DNA of 64,000 nucleotides from Callorhinchus milii. Lineage: Eukaryota. The translations under genes were made by a program, and so were the position numbers. The notes under the pieces are model-generated. The model saw nothing but the letters and a program-made list of their open reading frames with translations, ran no database searches and was not told the origin of the DNA. Positions 1 through 12,484 of this stretch are shown here, piece by piece (positions within the stretch are counted from its first letter, which is position 1; each line of letters begins with the position of its first letter). The stretch covers positions 83,950,001-84,014,000 of the forward strand of contig NW_024704742.1 of NCBI RefSeq assembly GCF_018977255.1, given 5' to 3'.

Positions 1-99
1 CTATTTCTCTGTTAATGTAACCCAAGCTTGGCAATGATACAATTCCAACAATGTTTCTTGAATGGTCTTTATAATAATAACTGGCTGTACCTGTTGCAG

Positions 100-277
100 C
101 TTCGCTTGCAACCAAAGGATCCAATATAGAATGTAGATTGACACCCAGACAGACATGCAGACAGATATTTCGTCTTTATCTATACTCCTTGTTGGGAGGA
201 CTCCTTGTTGGAGTGCATACATGTGTGATGAGCTTGCAGGTCATAGCTTTGTCGCTAATTTGTTGCAGAATATATTG
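100..277 (+). CDS. Putative internal coding exon of an unidentified gene (SLATKGSNIECRLTPRQTCRQIFRLYLYSLLGGLLVGVHTCVMSLQVIALSLICCRIYW)
   Basis: Acceptor ctgttgcag at 99/100; frame open (same frame as ORF 138..359); donor TG|GTATAA at 277/278 exits in phase 2, matching the next exon. No homolog recognised. Confidence 0.4.
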
Positions 278-395
278 GTATAAATGTATTTCTAGAAGGG
301 TGTGTGATTTCCTCAGTCACTACTTTGTTGCAGAGTACCATGCATATTTTGGGGCTTAATTAAAGCATTTTTAAAATATAACTCATCATTGATAG

Positions 396-452
396 GAGAT
401 CCCCGAAAAATATATACAATGACGCTCCCCATAGCAAGACCTTTCCGATTAG
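396..452 (+). CDS. Putative 57-bp phase 2-2 coding exon (RSPKNIYNDAPHSKTFPIR)
   Basis: Acceptor ttgatag at 395/396, donor AG|GTATAA at 452/453; joins in frame to both flanking candidate exons. Confidence 0.45.
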
Positions 453-1273
453 GTATAAATCATGTCTCTACATCAATCGGTTATTGCGTTCTTGGCGGGC
501 AGACACATTTTGTCTTTATTAGTATAGATTAGTATTGATAATGATCCTTGCCCTTTGATATAACAAGAAATTATGTTTGTTTAGTGCTTTATCACATCTT
601 TAAGATGTCTCAAAGCGCTTCACAGAATATACAGTAAAGTGAATTGACTGTTTTATCCCTGCAGTAGGCGGTAAATTCCTTACTTTTCTACCTTATATTT
701 CTTTCCCTTAATTTGTTTCTCCAGCACTATTCATTAAACTGTGCCTCAAGAAATCAAAACCTCACTTTTGCCATTGCTTGGAGGTCATCACTGGTGGATT
801 TGACTGTCAGGGAAGCCACAGCCTCCTCTGAAATGAGACTTGACCTTTGTTAAACATTAGTAAACGGGGCTGCACGGATCTCACTGTCTAGTGTTCTCTC
901 TCCAGAGAATAGCGACTTAGTTCCTTGGTGCAGTGAAAGTACTTTTATTCTTAACATTGTCATCTGGAATATTTGGGGGGAGTGCGGGGAAGTGGGAGAG
1001 AATATTGGTTGCTGGACTGGAACCTAATTTGGAGGATTTCTTAATGGGATTCCTGGAAGTTGTTCAAAATTGTTCAGGTGTGTTTGTGTTGGGGGGGGGG
1101 GGGGGGGGGGAGATTGCGGAGGTCTCCTGGTAATTGCAATTGCATCACAACATCCCATAACAACTTCACTCCCATTTGATCAACTTCCAGAGAACAAGAA
1201 ATTTCATGAGTTTGACTGGAATCTAAGGAAATGCTGCAAATACAGTCTGAAATTATTTGTTTTCTAAAAATAG

Positions 1274-1439
1274 GCCAGTAAGATTATCAATTATTGTGAA
1301 ACTGACCAAAGGCACAGATGCAAAGCAACGACTGTGTGCCGGCTTTCACTGTTTGTGTGGCAATGCTGCAGAGCACAAGGCTGTGTGGGCATGGACGTAC
1401 CAATATATTCTTGCTGGACAAACACCTTTTATTATCTGA
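1274..1439 (+). CDS. Putative terminal coding exon (PVRLSIIVKLTKGTDAKQRLCAGFHCLCGNAAEHKAVWAWTYQYILAGQTPFII*)
   Basis: Acceptor tttgttttctaaaaatag at 1273/1274, phase 2 entry, stop TGA 1437-1439, followed by an AT/U-rich TE-free stretch and a polyA signal. Confidence 0.5.
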
Positions 1440-1668
1440 GGATTTTTGTAATGATATTTTTTTTAATGTGAACAATATTTTGCACTGTTTCTCTCCCTTC
1501 CATCCCCAAACATATACCCTTCCCAAGTCCAGCATCAAGTATTTTTACAATTAGTAAGTGGAGCCCAGTAATGCTTAACAAATGCACTGATCCGTTAATC
1601 GTTCTGTTTAACAACTCAGGTTAAAATAGTGTTAACTCAATTTATTTGTTACTTAGTTTTGTTAGGGA

Positions 1669-1711
1669 TATGTATATATATATATATATAAATATATATA
1701 TAAATATATAC
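1669..1711. repeat. (TA)n microsatellite in putative 3' UTR
   Basis: Interrupted tatatata run. Confidence 0.9.
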
Positions 1712-1993
1712 ATGCACAACGACAAACTTGAAGGGACTGAAAAGCTGGGCAGCTTCTGTGTTGGACTTGGTTTTGCTTCTGTTTCAATAATTTTTAAACA
1801 TTTAATGAAGGGAATGTGGTGCAATGGATCTTGATTTTTGTGCATTTGTTTTATGTGAACTACATTTTCCATTGTTTTGTCTTTGTTTGAAATGGTTGCT
1901 TTTTGCTGATGGTTAAAGGAACTTCAGAAGTGTTATAAACTAAAACCTGGCTGAAACGTTTTGGTTATATTGGTGCGTTTGCAAACTTTACTG

Positions 1994-2048
1994 AATAAAA
2001 GCTGATGATATCACAATGTCTTCTCTACTTCATTTGTTTGTAATTAAA
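1994..2048 (+). terminator. Polyadenylation signal region of the putative gene
   Basis: AATAAA at 1994-1999, downstream U/GU-rich tcatttgtttgt near 2030-2041, ATTAAA at 2043-2048; TE-derived sequence resumes right after. Confidence 0.5.
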
Positions 2049-2129
2049 TACATTTTAGTACCTGTTAATGTATTCACTTGCCTCAGACCATTGTATAAAC
2101 TTACTGATACAGATCAATGCAATACAATT

Positions 2130-2410
2130 TAATAACTATAATAATAATCGTTATAGTTTTGGTTGGGAGGATGTCCCAAAGTGTTTCACAGGATTTATTG
2201 TCAAATGTAATGACTATTTTTAGCAGCCAAGCAATTTAGCAGCATAGCAATGTCCCAGAAACAGCCATGAAGTGAATGACCAATTTTTTGATTTGGGAGA
2301 TTGTTGGCCAGGAGACTCCCTTTTCTTTTTGAATGTTGCCGTGGGATCTTTAAGGTCTTTAAGGTCCACTGAACAGGCAGTTGGAAGCTCTGTTTAACAT
2401 CTCATCCAAA
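2130..2410 (-). mobile_element. Old DeuSINE-like copy
   Basis: Reverse complement of the aaagatcccacggc...tggccaacaat...gctgtttctgggacattgct...gtgaaacactttgggacatcc pattern shared with many copies in the window. Confidence 0.7.
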
Positions 2411-3470
2411 GGATTTATACTTACACTAATGTACATAAGCTCCAGTTCAGAACTTTGCAATCCATCTCCTGTCTGTAATAGGCTCCATGTGCTCATGACC
2501 CCATCTCCCCCACTCTTGACTTCAAGATCCTCTTTCTGATTTTCAAGTCCCTCTGCATTTTTGCTCCTCAATATTTCTGCAATCTCCAACCTATAGCTGG
2601 GAATGTTACATGATGATGGTGGTGGTGGTGGTAGAGGTAATGACTGTGATCTTGCACAATATAGTCCGGGAACATCTGTGATAGAAAATGAGAGATATAT
2701 TAGCAGTTATAGAACAGTATGTGTTCCCATCACCTCACTTATGCACTGGTCTATTGATGTAGTAAAATTAGTGTTCCTTGTCTTATCAACACAAGGAAAA
2801 TGTTAAGGAATATCATAATTTGTTCCCCAATTAGACTTGGCTCCCTGCTGCTGACTGTGAGGATCAGAGACTCGGTGCAGTGTGCACATTACTGAGGTAA
2901 TTGGGGAAACTTCACATCAAGTCTAAAGTGTTCCTTGTGGTAATTAAGAAGGGAACGTGTTAAGGAACAGTTTTATCACTAGATTTCCGCTAGCGAGGAG
3001 ATCTTTGAGATGTTAAACTGAAGTACGGTCTGCCTGTTCAAGTGAATGTTAAAGATCCTGTAGGACTATGCAAAAAGAGAAGGGAGTTTATCCCAATGTC
3101 CTGACCAACAATGCCCCAGATAAAATAGTTTTTTCACCCACAATTATCTGACACGTTCCCCTTCGAAATACACGGTTACTGCGCTTTATTGTACATCTGT
3201 GCACTTTAACTTTTTCTAAGACATGCTGAGCACGATTTTAGAGTTTATCTCAAGCTACAGCCCAAATGTCTTATTTTCATTATAGATCTGATTATTATAA
3301 TAGATCAGACTGAAAATTACAGTCCTGTAGGAAAGGGGAGGCCAGTTACTGCCACTGTTTCGCCCACAAAATATAGTCAATTCACTTTACAGTATATTCT
3401 GTGAAATGTCTCTAAAGATGTGACGAGGGACATTGGTGTGGGTAAATTGGCTGCTGCGTTTGCCTACAAA

Positions 3471-4124
3471 ACTTGAATTGTTAACCCAGAACTGCTAAAG
3501 AATCAATTTATTATTCCCAACATAGATTTTTAACTAGCTTTTGGAATGTTACATCTCAACTGAGATATGATAGAAGCAAAAATAATAGCGTGAATAACTT
3601 CAGATTCTCCAGTTGGCTCTACACTTCATAGTAAAATGCAGTGGAGGGGTTTGTGGTGTAACAAAGACATGACTAAGGTGCTCTATCAAATGCAATGATT
3701 ATTATCTCACTGCATGTGTTGATGTAAAGGCAACAAGGGGAGAGCAATTGTTGAGCATAGGGGTTGTTGAGTACAATCTCTTCTTCCCTCTGACTCAATT
3801 TTAAAAAAACCCTGCCAGCTGCGGCAGTTACTGAAATCTATCAGCTGAGTATTACATACAAAGACAAAAATGTCCCATGTGAATCTTCTGTCACACAGGG
3901 TAACTGCATTATCCATTAGCTATTTCCTCTTTCACTGTATTGGAAGCTGCTACCTTGAAAAGTTAACCCAGAAACGCAAAAAAATTGATTCATTATTCCC
4001 AGCATAGTTTTTAAACTAACTTTTGGTGTTACATCTCAGCCGAGATATGATGTAAGACGAAAATAATAGCATGAATAACTAAATTCAGATTTTCCAGTTG
4101 GCTCTGCAATGCACATGAGAAAAT
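3471..4124 (+). repeat. Diverged local direct duplication, about 170 bp (3471-3640 and 3954-4124)
   Basis: Both copies read gttaacccagaa...ttattccca.catag...gttacatctca..gagatatgat...aaaataatagc.tgaataact...ttcagatt.tccagttggctct. Confidence 0.85.
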
Positions 4125-6348
4125 AAATCAGCCAAACTGTATGTGGCGTGAATCAACCTCCATCTGCTGCACATGCCTTCTCTGTTCCAGAATTAGTGTT
4201 GTACTACTTCAGAAATTTTGGAACTATTTCACCTTAGACAAATACGAAAAGTAGCATGCTGTGGCTCTGTAGCACTTACTGTAGCGTTTACACAAAGCCT
4301 TTAGCTTACAGTGTAGACTCACGCTCCAAAACAGAGTGTGGGCAGCCCTGAATTGCCAGGCTTGAGTGACAAAGCCAAATAGGTCTTTATTTGGGGCCCA
4401 GTGGACCCGGTTAATGCAGGGAACTACATTCTACAAGGAAAGACTTTGAGAAGACCCTGAAGTGAAAAATGTGTCATTGAATGTCATCAGCATGATCAAT
4501 GCTAGTTATTGTCGAGTGTGGAAGGTAGGTCGGATATGCAAATACAAGGATTATTGGCATAATTGTTAACTGGGTGAAAATTACATTTAAATACTGACAG
4601 GTTGGAGAGTGAACGCTCCATTATCCCAACCCGCCTCACTCCCCTCCACCCCGTTTAATCTCATCACAGTGGTTGTTTCGAAGTCTCTTTCGAAAACTAT
4701 TTGTTCACCAGCTTGGAGTGGACACCAAATTGGTTTTAATCCGCTTCTGAGGCAGCTTCTAAAGGTTTGAGTTCTGCCTCATTGGCATCCTAGTTGAATT
4801 AAGCTGCGATCCTATTTTTAGCCGCATGTCCCAAAGGGGAAAAGTAAAGGCTGAGCCACCCTGGAGTACTCAGACACACACACGTACACACACACCTCCC
4901 AGCTGCTGGTTACAGACAATGGCCCAGGAAAAAAAGATGAGAGGATTAAAAATGTAACCAATTAATCATATTTTGGTGAGACACGACAATAACTTACACA
5001 ATTGCAAATGATCCAATTGCTTTCTATTAAACCACTCATAGTTCTAGGGAGAAATAATATGTGCTTATGGAAGTTAATGAAAGCTAATAAGGTTGTTTCA
5101 AATTGCTTAATTTATCCCTATTCACTTACAATTTCAAATAATTGTGAAGAAAACATTTCCCAAACTTTACAGTAATTTGCCAAATAAACATATTTTTGAC
5201 ATGAAATGACATGACATGAAGACTCAACCACAAGTCTTCAAAAAGATTATTTTTTTCTGGTTGGAATTATACCTTTGTTGCAACGTCAATGGTTTTTGCA
5301 GATATGCAGCACAGATATCACAAAGTCCTTGCTGAACTTAACCCATATCTTGGAACATCCTTTTTTTTGCTTACTCTGCCTTAACCTAGCATTCCTAGAA
5401 TAATATTCAGTGAGAGAGGATCAAACGAATCAACATAGGCCTCTAAAGGAATATCGAAACCAAAGTTGAAAATGTAATTCTACTTTAGCCCAGAGGCTGT
5501 AGAGTGAGCTAAACTAGATCCAGTGACTTCCTGACTTTAAAACAAAACATAAGGGCTGGAACAATAACAAACTTGGGGTTTGTTTGAACTCACTATTCCT
5601 TTCATTTTAAAATAAATAACACACATTGTGTGAAAATGCCTGCGGGACATTATAATGAAGCACTGTTCTTCCCCGCTGAAGAAAAATAAGGGCTTCCAAA
5701 GACCATGAATTACATGGTTCACCTATAAAAGGAAATATAATTATAACGCTTTAGCAAGCCTGGGCAGAGATGCTTCTTACACTGGGTGTAGATAGTCAGG
5801 TCAAGTAAACTAGTGCTTGGGAGGTCAAATGTTGTTTGGGTGCTGAATAGCTAAACCTTTCCATCCAAGCTTCCAATATTTCTGCCTTCTACACCAGAAA
5901 GTGATGTGATTCTGCTGTTACTTGTTGCCAGGTGGAAAATGGTTATTCAATACCATGAAGTAATAGGAAAGTGTGTGTGAGGGGAAGGTAGGAACAAGTT
6001 GTGAAAAAGATCTGGATAAGCTAAGCAGCTTTCTCATTCTTATGTTGCTAAAGTTTGTGCCATCGCTTACACTGTTATGGCACAAGTGACATTCCTAAGT
6101 TTTATTTGCAGTTGAATTCCTTGAAAGCAACACCGTATAGAAGAATTTATTTTGGCAATTGATGGTGGATTTTGTATTAAAACACATGAGTGAACTACAT
6201 TAATGGTTAATTAATTAATTAATGATGAAATGGTTAACCTTCTGCAGCACCTAGGAGAGTGGTGACAGTAGTGATGAGTGGTTAACATTTGTCTGGATAG
6301 TTCCCTGATCTGCAGAGATGAAGACCTAGTTCCATCAATTGCTTTATG

Positions 6349-6655
6349 TGGAGTCTTGTAGCTCAGTGGTAAAAGCACTCGCTTTGCAAGGAGAATCTGG
6401 GTTCGATTCCTGGCAGGGTGAAACCTTGGGCAAGTTTCCTTACTCCACACACCTGATAATAGTCCCTCAAAAAAAAACAATAAATTGGTCATTTCAATTC
6501 ACGACTGTTTGTGGGACACTGCTGTGCGCAATTGGCTGCCGCATTTCCCCCACAAAATATACAGTCAATTCACTTTACAGTCTATTCTGTGAAGCGCTTT
6601 GAGACGTCTAGAAGACATGAAAAGCGCTATATCAAATACAAGGATTATTATTATT
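6349..6655 (+). mobile_element. Young tRNA(Ala)-derived SINE, full length
   Basis: A box tagctcagtgg, B box ggttcgattcc, loop tttgcaa; body ccttgggcaagtttccttactccacac; Deu-type gactgtttgtgggacactgctgtgcgcaattggctgcc; L2-like tail ending (att)n. Confidence 0.9.
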
Positions 6656-7635
6656 CTAACAGTGGCTGTGTTTCAAATGTCGAATTCTGCAAAGTACACA
6701 ATGATTGGTACCAGAGGTAATCTGATACTAATCTTTGTGTTCAAAAAAGGCTCAGAAGTAAAACTGCTGGGGATTGTCGATATCAATAGCTTTACATCTA
6801 GACCAGGGTTAAATGTCTATCTGTTATAAACAATACAAATCAAAATCAATTACTGAGTGTATTGCCAGCAATTTTGCTAGGTTTCCCCTATTAATGGAGA
6901 ACACAACACTTTGTGCACACTAGGCCAAACCAACTGGAAAGTTCAAATCAGTCTGAGTTAAGTTCACCCATTCCAATTCACAAAATCACAAGATTGCAAG
7001 AGTGGTATGAATGGAGAAGGCCCTTTAACCCATTTGATCTCATCCTTCCAAACCAATACGCCACTTGTCAACTCGCATGCTAACATGCTCTATAAAGACC
7101 TCAGAGGTGAGGAATGGCCACTTGGGGTCTGCACCCCCATCACCCCAGTCCTTGCTAGTCTCCACTGGCTCCCTATCGCAGAACACATTGATTTCAAGAT
7201 CTTCCACAATTACTTAAAGATCATTGAATTCCCTGGCAACTTCTCGCCTTTCTGACCTTCTTACATCACACTCTGCTTGCTACCCATCCCCCTTGCTCAA
7301 CTGCCTTCAGCCTTCTAGGTCTTGAGGCAAACCTTGAACAAGAGTCAGAGGGATTCTGACATGGTATTCCAAAGAGCAGGGATAAGTAGACTGAGTTAAC
7401 ACGGAAGGGAATCAGAAGGGTAGTGACATGGGAGAACACCCCTCAACAGATTTAAGCTGTCAACCAAGTCTCTCTAATCCTGAAATGCGTCTTTCACAGA
7501 ACCCATCACAGTTGCAAACAAAAGTCATGAAGATTACTGAAAGAACGCTGCTGTAAAAACTACAGCAAGAATGTTTGATTTGCTTACTTGTCACTGAAAG
7601 CCTTGTAATTAAATCAGTCACCACATTCAAGACTC

Positions 7636-7958
7636 AAATTGGTTAGAGCACTCTCCTCGCAAGCGAGAGGACCTGGTTCGATTCCCGGCAGGGCGAAAGG
7701 TTTCCTTACTCCACATTTCTGTTTACCTAGCAGTAAGTAGGAACTTGGTTGTTAGTCAATTGGAGGATCACTTTTCCAGGGATAATAATCCCTCAAAACA
7801 AAACAATAATAAATTGGTCACTTCAATCCAAGACTGTGTGTAGGACACTACTGTGCGTTTCGCCCACAAAATATACAGTCAATTCACTTTACAGTATATT
7901 CTGTGAAGCGCTTTGAGATGTCTAGAAGACATGAAAAGTGCTATATCAAGGATTATAT
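7636..7958 (+). mobile_element. Young tRNA-SINE copy with the longer internal segment
   Basis: ggttagagcactctcctcgcaagcgagaggacctggttcgattccc head, ctgtttacctagcagtaagtaggaac segment, same 3' tail. Confidence 0.85.
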
Positions 7959-8135
7959 AAACACAGTTACATCTCAGTGTTTTGAGATATCTGAAGTGCT
8001 TTTCTGTTTTACGTTTCTCACAAACCATTTTAATGAAGCGAAGGCAGCAGAATTATTACATAGAACTGGGGTGAATGGAAGTAATTCTCGGTTTTTAACA
8101 TGTCTAATATTGCAATATAATATTATTTAATGGTG

Positions 8136-8241
8136 CATTTCTCAGAAGCACAACATGACAATTAGCCTTGAGGTGTATTCATGAGGTCTGTAACAGCATA
8201 TTACTCACAGATCAAATGTTGTCGAGTGCTTCTGAGAAATG
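8136..8241. repeat. 16-bp perfect inverted repeat, possible MITE remnant
   Basis: catttctcagaagcac (8136-8151) and gtgcttctgagaaatg (8226-8241). Confidence 0.7.
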
Positions 8242-11223
8242 TAGCCAACTATTTCAAAGACAGACTTGCAAAAAAACATACTTTTTTTTAAACAAAATAA
8301 AGAAATCTCACAAAGCAAATTGAAGTTTGAAGGAAATAAAGACTGCACCAGCATTTATGCCACAGGAGGTGGCGTCATTTAGCCACTGGACCTCAAGATA
8401 ATGTGAAATATCAGTTGTAATAATAAATCTCAGCTGTTGGTGTCATCTTGTATTAATCAGCACATTGGAGGAAATTTACCTTTAAGGGTGGAATGATTAT
8501 TTTTGGAACTAAAAACTCACAATTTTTTTTCCCCTATTTTTAAGGAATTTATGATTTTTTTTCCGCTAAACCATATTTGGATGGCAAATGTTTTTCATTT
8601 AGTGGATTCAAAACAGCAACTAACCTGATTTTGTTTGAGTGGGCATCCAATTAACCCAGGCACATTGTATATGTATGTACATGACACACAAGCCTTTGTG
8701 AGAGTATATTGAGGTATCTGCTGGAGGACCTTCGAGCAATAATTCTGCTCTTCTGCTGTTCTGTCACACAGGTCTGGATTTTGTTCCCAATAAATTCCAT
8801 CTTTTTCATAATGTTGCCACAGACTGAGGACCTACTGACTTTTCACTTCCTTAGCTTTTGTAACTGCATCTCAGACAGATTTCCCATCTGGTCTATACAC
8901 TTGGCCAGTTATTCCCACATCTCAGACATCACTTGAACCACATCCCACTGAGCCCTGTCAATTGCTTTCACTGCCCAAGAGGTGGATTTCCTTACAGTCT
9001 CCCACCACAGGTCAACATTTCAGAAACTGGTTTGCAAAAACTCTCTGTTTGATGTTTAAATATTTGTCCTAATTGACGTTCAGCCCTGGCACACTGTTGT
9101 ATAAAAGGCATCCCATACAAAGGAGCATCTGTTATATGACCCATGCCACCGAGACTTTAATTTGCAGCAATATACATCCCGGCTTTTTCAGTACAATGAT
9201 AGCACACAAGAGGAAGGCAAGTTGACTTGAGCAGTGATACTTGGTACTTACATGGATAACTTTGCTGTTGTGTTTGTACCCCATCAGGAAGTTTAATGAA
9301 TGCTAGCTGCCCCTGGCTGTTGCATTATTCTCCTATCAAGTATTGTTATCAGTTATAGAGGCAATAATTATTGAGCTATATCACCCAGTAATTTTGAGGC
9401 AGATTGTTTTGAAAACTTATTGTGTAGTATATTTAATATAGACAAATTTGAAAATTTGTCTATGAAAGAATAGACTGACTGATTTAAATTGTCTGTGTTT
9501 TTCGCCTCTGTCAACTCTTGCCATTTATGCAGTTTGTAATGCAAAGGATGGAGGAAGGGCTGGTGGAATTTGTAATATTATTGACTTGGATTCAATAGGA
9601 GGATAATTAATACAGAGGGTAGTCATGGCTGGAACAGGCTACCAGCATGGGAGGTTGAGGCCAAGACCGTAGACTCATTTAAGAAACAGCTTGATTTAAG
9701 GATGGGAAAATGGGCATTCTGGTAGGGTAAGTATTCTGGTAGGATGAGATCAAATGGAATAAATTACCTTCTTCACAAGATGACAAAAGGTCACAACTTC
9801 TTTTGTAACCTTGTGAACCTACTGCCATCAGAATGGGAAGTACCTGAACCAAACCTAGGTTGTGTGGCTGATAACATGTCTTGCCTAGGAGAAAGCTATT
9901 CAATGGCGAGTACAAAGGACAGTGATGTATGGACATCAATAACAGGACCAACACTAGCCCTCTGAAAATACCCTCTTTTTAATTGTGCTGGTATCATCCC
10001 TATGTCCACTGGAGTAGCAAGGTGACTTGATCTAAATTTTGCCAAGTTATTGAGACCAAGGCAAAACTCAAGGGTTAGGAGACTGAAAGGGGAATTTGAG
10101 TAATATTTTCAAAGAGGAAAAAAAAGCTGAAGCCAAGCCACTCATGGGTAATGAGCTCGGGAGGAACTATCATTTTCTTTCAGTTTATCAGGTGTGTATT
10201 TGACTCGTGTCTCAGTCGCTCACCTCTGCAAGTTGGTTGGAAGAGAAAGAACGACAACCAGCGATAGACTGGTGCACAGTTATTGTTGGTGTGAAATCAG
10301 TCAATGAGACAGTATTTAAAGTGCAGTCAGTGAATGTCAACAAAGGCTGAAGGACTCGGTCATGTTGGACCTGTATTGTAACTTTCCTTCTGTAAAATGA
10401 TCATCTGCTGAGTCCTGAGTTTACAATGTGGATCACTAGGTGTCTGATTTCTATCCAATTACACTGGAGCTTTCAGTCTCATAGCAAAAAAACACACCAT
10501 TGAAGGTATCAAGTAAAATCACCCAAATAAAGTCCTGCCACTGGGGGTCTAGGTTGTCCAAGACATCTGGACATTTCCTTTCCAACTCAGAAAATCCAGG
10601 CCAGGAAGTTGAATGAAAGTCTTACAGTGAATACTGAAAGGATCCAGGCTAAGGGCAGACAGCTCCCCCAATGGTCTCTATCCTACAATCAGTGTGGCAT
10701 CAAGTCACAGAGAGCAGAATGTTGAATGGCTCATTTCCCCATTTGCTGTTCTTACCTGGGAGTGCTACAATTAGCCTCAGTGATCCCAAGGCGAGAGAAG
10801 GGAAAAGCATAATAGCTCACCTGTTTCTTCCAGCGAACTAGAAGGGCCTGTTTTAAAGTCTATATGTGTGGACTTCAGTTGAAAGAAAAAAGAATAAAAA
10901 TGGGCAGTCTCATTCAGAAAACCCAGAAGGATGGTCGGTGTGGGAAATTGAAGTCTTTTTCGGAGGCTTCAGCAAAGGCATGTTGTTAGAGCATTTTACA
11001 AGAGAGTCTATAGGGTATCAGCCTTTGCTGTGTCTGATCAGGAAGAACTTGAAGCTAGGTCTATTACATGCAAATCGCTGATTTAACCCATTGGCGCTTG
11101 ATACATCATGCTGTCATGGTGGTGGTGGGGGGTGGGGGGTGCACGAGTGGTGAAGTGGGGAAGAGAAAGGATCATATGATAACATTTGCAGTATTCCTTA
11201 TTTAACATTAGCATAAATTATTG

Positions 11224-11237
11224 CCACCAGGTGGCAG
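11224..11237 (+). promoter_or_regulatory. CTCF-binding motif
   Basis: CCACCAGGTGGCAG matches the CCASYAGRKGGCRS core at all positions; lies in non-repeat sequence. Confidence 0.55.
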
Positions 11238-11536
11238 TAGATCTCTCTAGGTGGGTGCTTGCTTCCTTTTCAGGTTGCAGTGCCTGCCATTTTGTTTTGA
11301 ATCTCAGAAGGTGATTTTTATTTGGTGTATTTTTAGGCCTTACACCAGGCTCTAAGTGTTTTATTTCTGTGCCATCGTTGATCTGCCAAAGAGGGCTGAA
11401 ATCCATGCTCTCCTCAGCCAAATGACAACTTATAATCGAATTATAGGGTTAGTCCCTAGGCCTCCTGATTGCTAAAAGTTTTACTCACTTTAAACTCAGA
11501 ACAAATTGATTAGTAAATGTTAGGAAGATTTTAGAC

Positions 11537-11741
11537 CAGTGGTGGCCAACCCATGGCCTCGGGGCTGTCAAGAAGTGGCCTGCTGAACACGCGCATTAGT
11601 CCAGGTGAGTGGCTTAAATCAATGTTTTTTTTCCAAGTTTTTTCTTGGTTGAATGTTTCTTGATTTTTATGGCATGTTCAAGAAGTATTCAATCAAGAAA
11701 ATGTATTTTGTTGGCCGACCAAAAAAGGTTGTCCATCACTG
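11537..11741. mobile_element. hAT-Charlie-type MITE
   Basis: Terminal inverted repeats CAGTGGTGGCCAACC / GGTTGTCCATCACTG; left flank ttttagac resembles the Charlie target consensus NTCTAGAN. Confidence 0.75.
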
Positions 11742-11829
11742 ACTTAAGATTGCCTGAAGTGGAAAACTGAAATGATATACACCACCTGCAGTGTGTGTGG
11801 GAGGGTGTAGGAGAGGGAGAGATTGCATT

Positions 11830-12120
11830 ATGGAGCGCACTGTTTGGGGATGTTAAACTGAGCTCCCATCTGTTACTCAGTTGAATATTAAAGATTCCAT
11901 GAAACTATTTAAAAGGAGGAAGTAGTTACTCCCATTACCCTGGCCCACAATTCTACAGATGAATCGGTCATTTACCTCAAGGCTGCTCATGAGGCTTGCA
12001 AATTGCTGCCGGGTTTGTCTACGAAAACAGTCACTACACTTGACAGTAAATAACCTGCGAAGTGCTTTGAGATGTTTTGATGTAATAAGATGCTACGAAA
12101 ATGCAAGTTCTTTGTTTCTT
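11830..12120 (+). mobile_element. Old DeuSINE-like copy
   Basis: gatgttaaactgag...aaagattccatg...caaattgctgcc...cagtcactacactt...gtgctttgagatg...aaatgcaagttctt. Confidence 0.75.
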
Positions 12121-12484
12121 ACCACTGACCTCTTACCTTTTACATTCACTTGAGGGATCTTTTTCCTGAAAAAACATTTCACTTTGAACAGAATATATAT
12201 TTCTTTTGCCGAGGACAAAGGGCTACATTTATAACCTGTGGCTCAATCTTGTGGCAAGGATGTTTTATACGCTGGAAGGAAACGCAAAGCAGCAGAGAAT
12301 GATTGGCTCACAAAGGGTTACAGACATTTGAACGAAAAAAAGGAAAAAAAGTTAAATGATCTTACAAGGTGTCCAGAATGTGGCAAACAAACGTGGCTTT
12401 GTCAAAAAAAAAGTTTGCTTTAAGAAGTTACATTTCTAAACTGGAGAGAAGCCAAACAAAAAAGTTATTCATCTCTGGATAAAC

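Noticed and set aside
6349..6425. Possible tRNA-Ala gene (also 54713-54787 and 58194-58260)
   Set aside because: No intact acceptor stem, and it continues into SINE body and tail; it is a SINE head.
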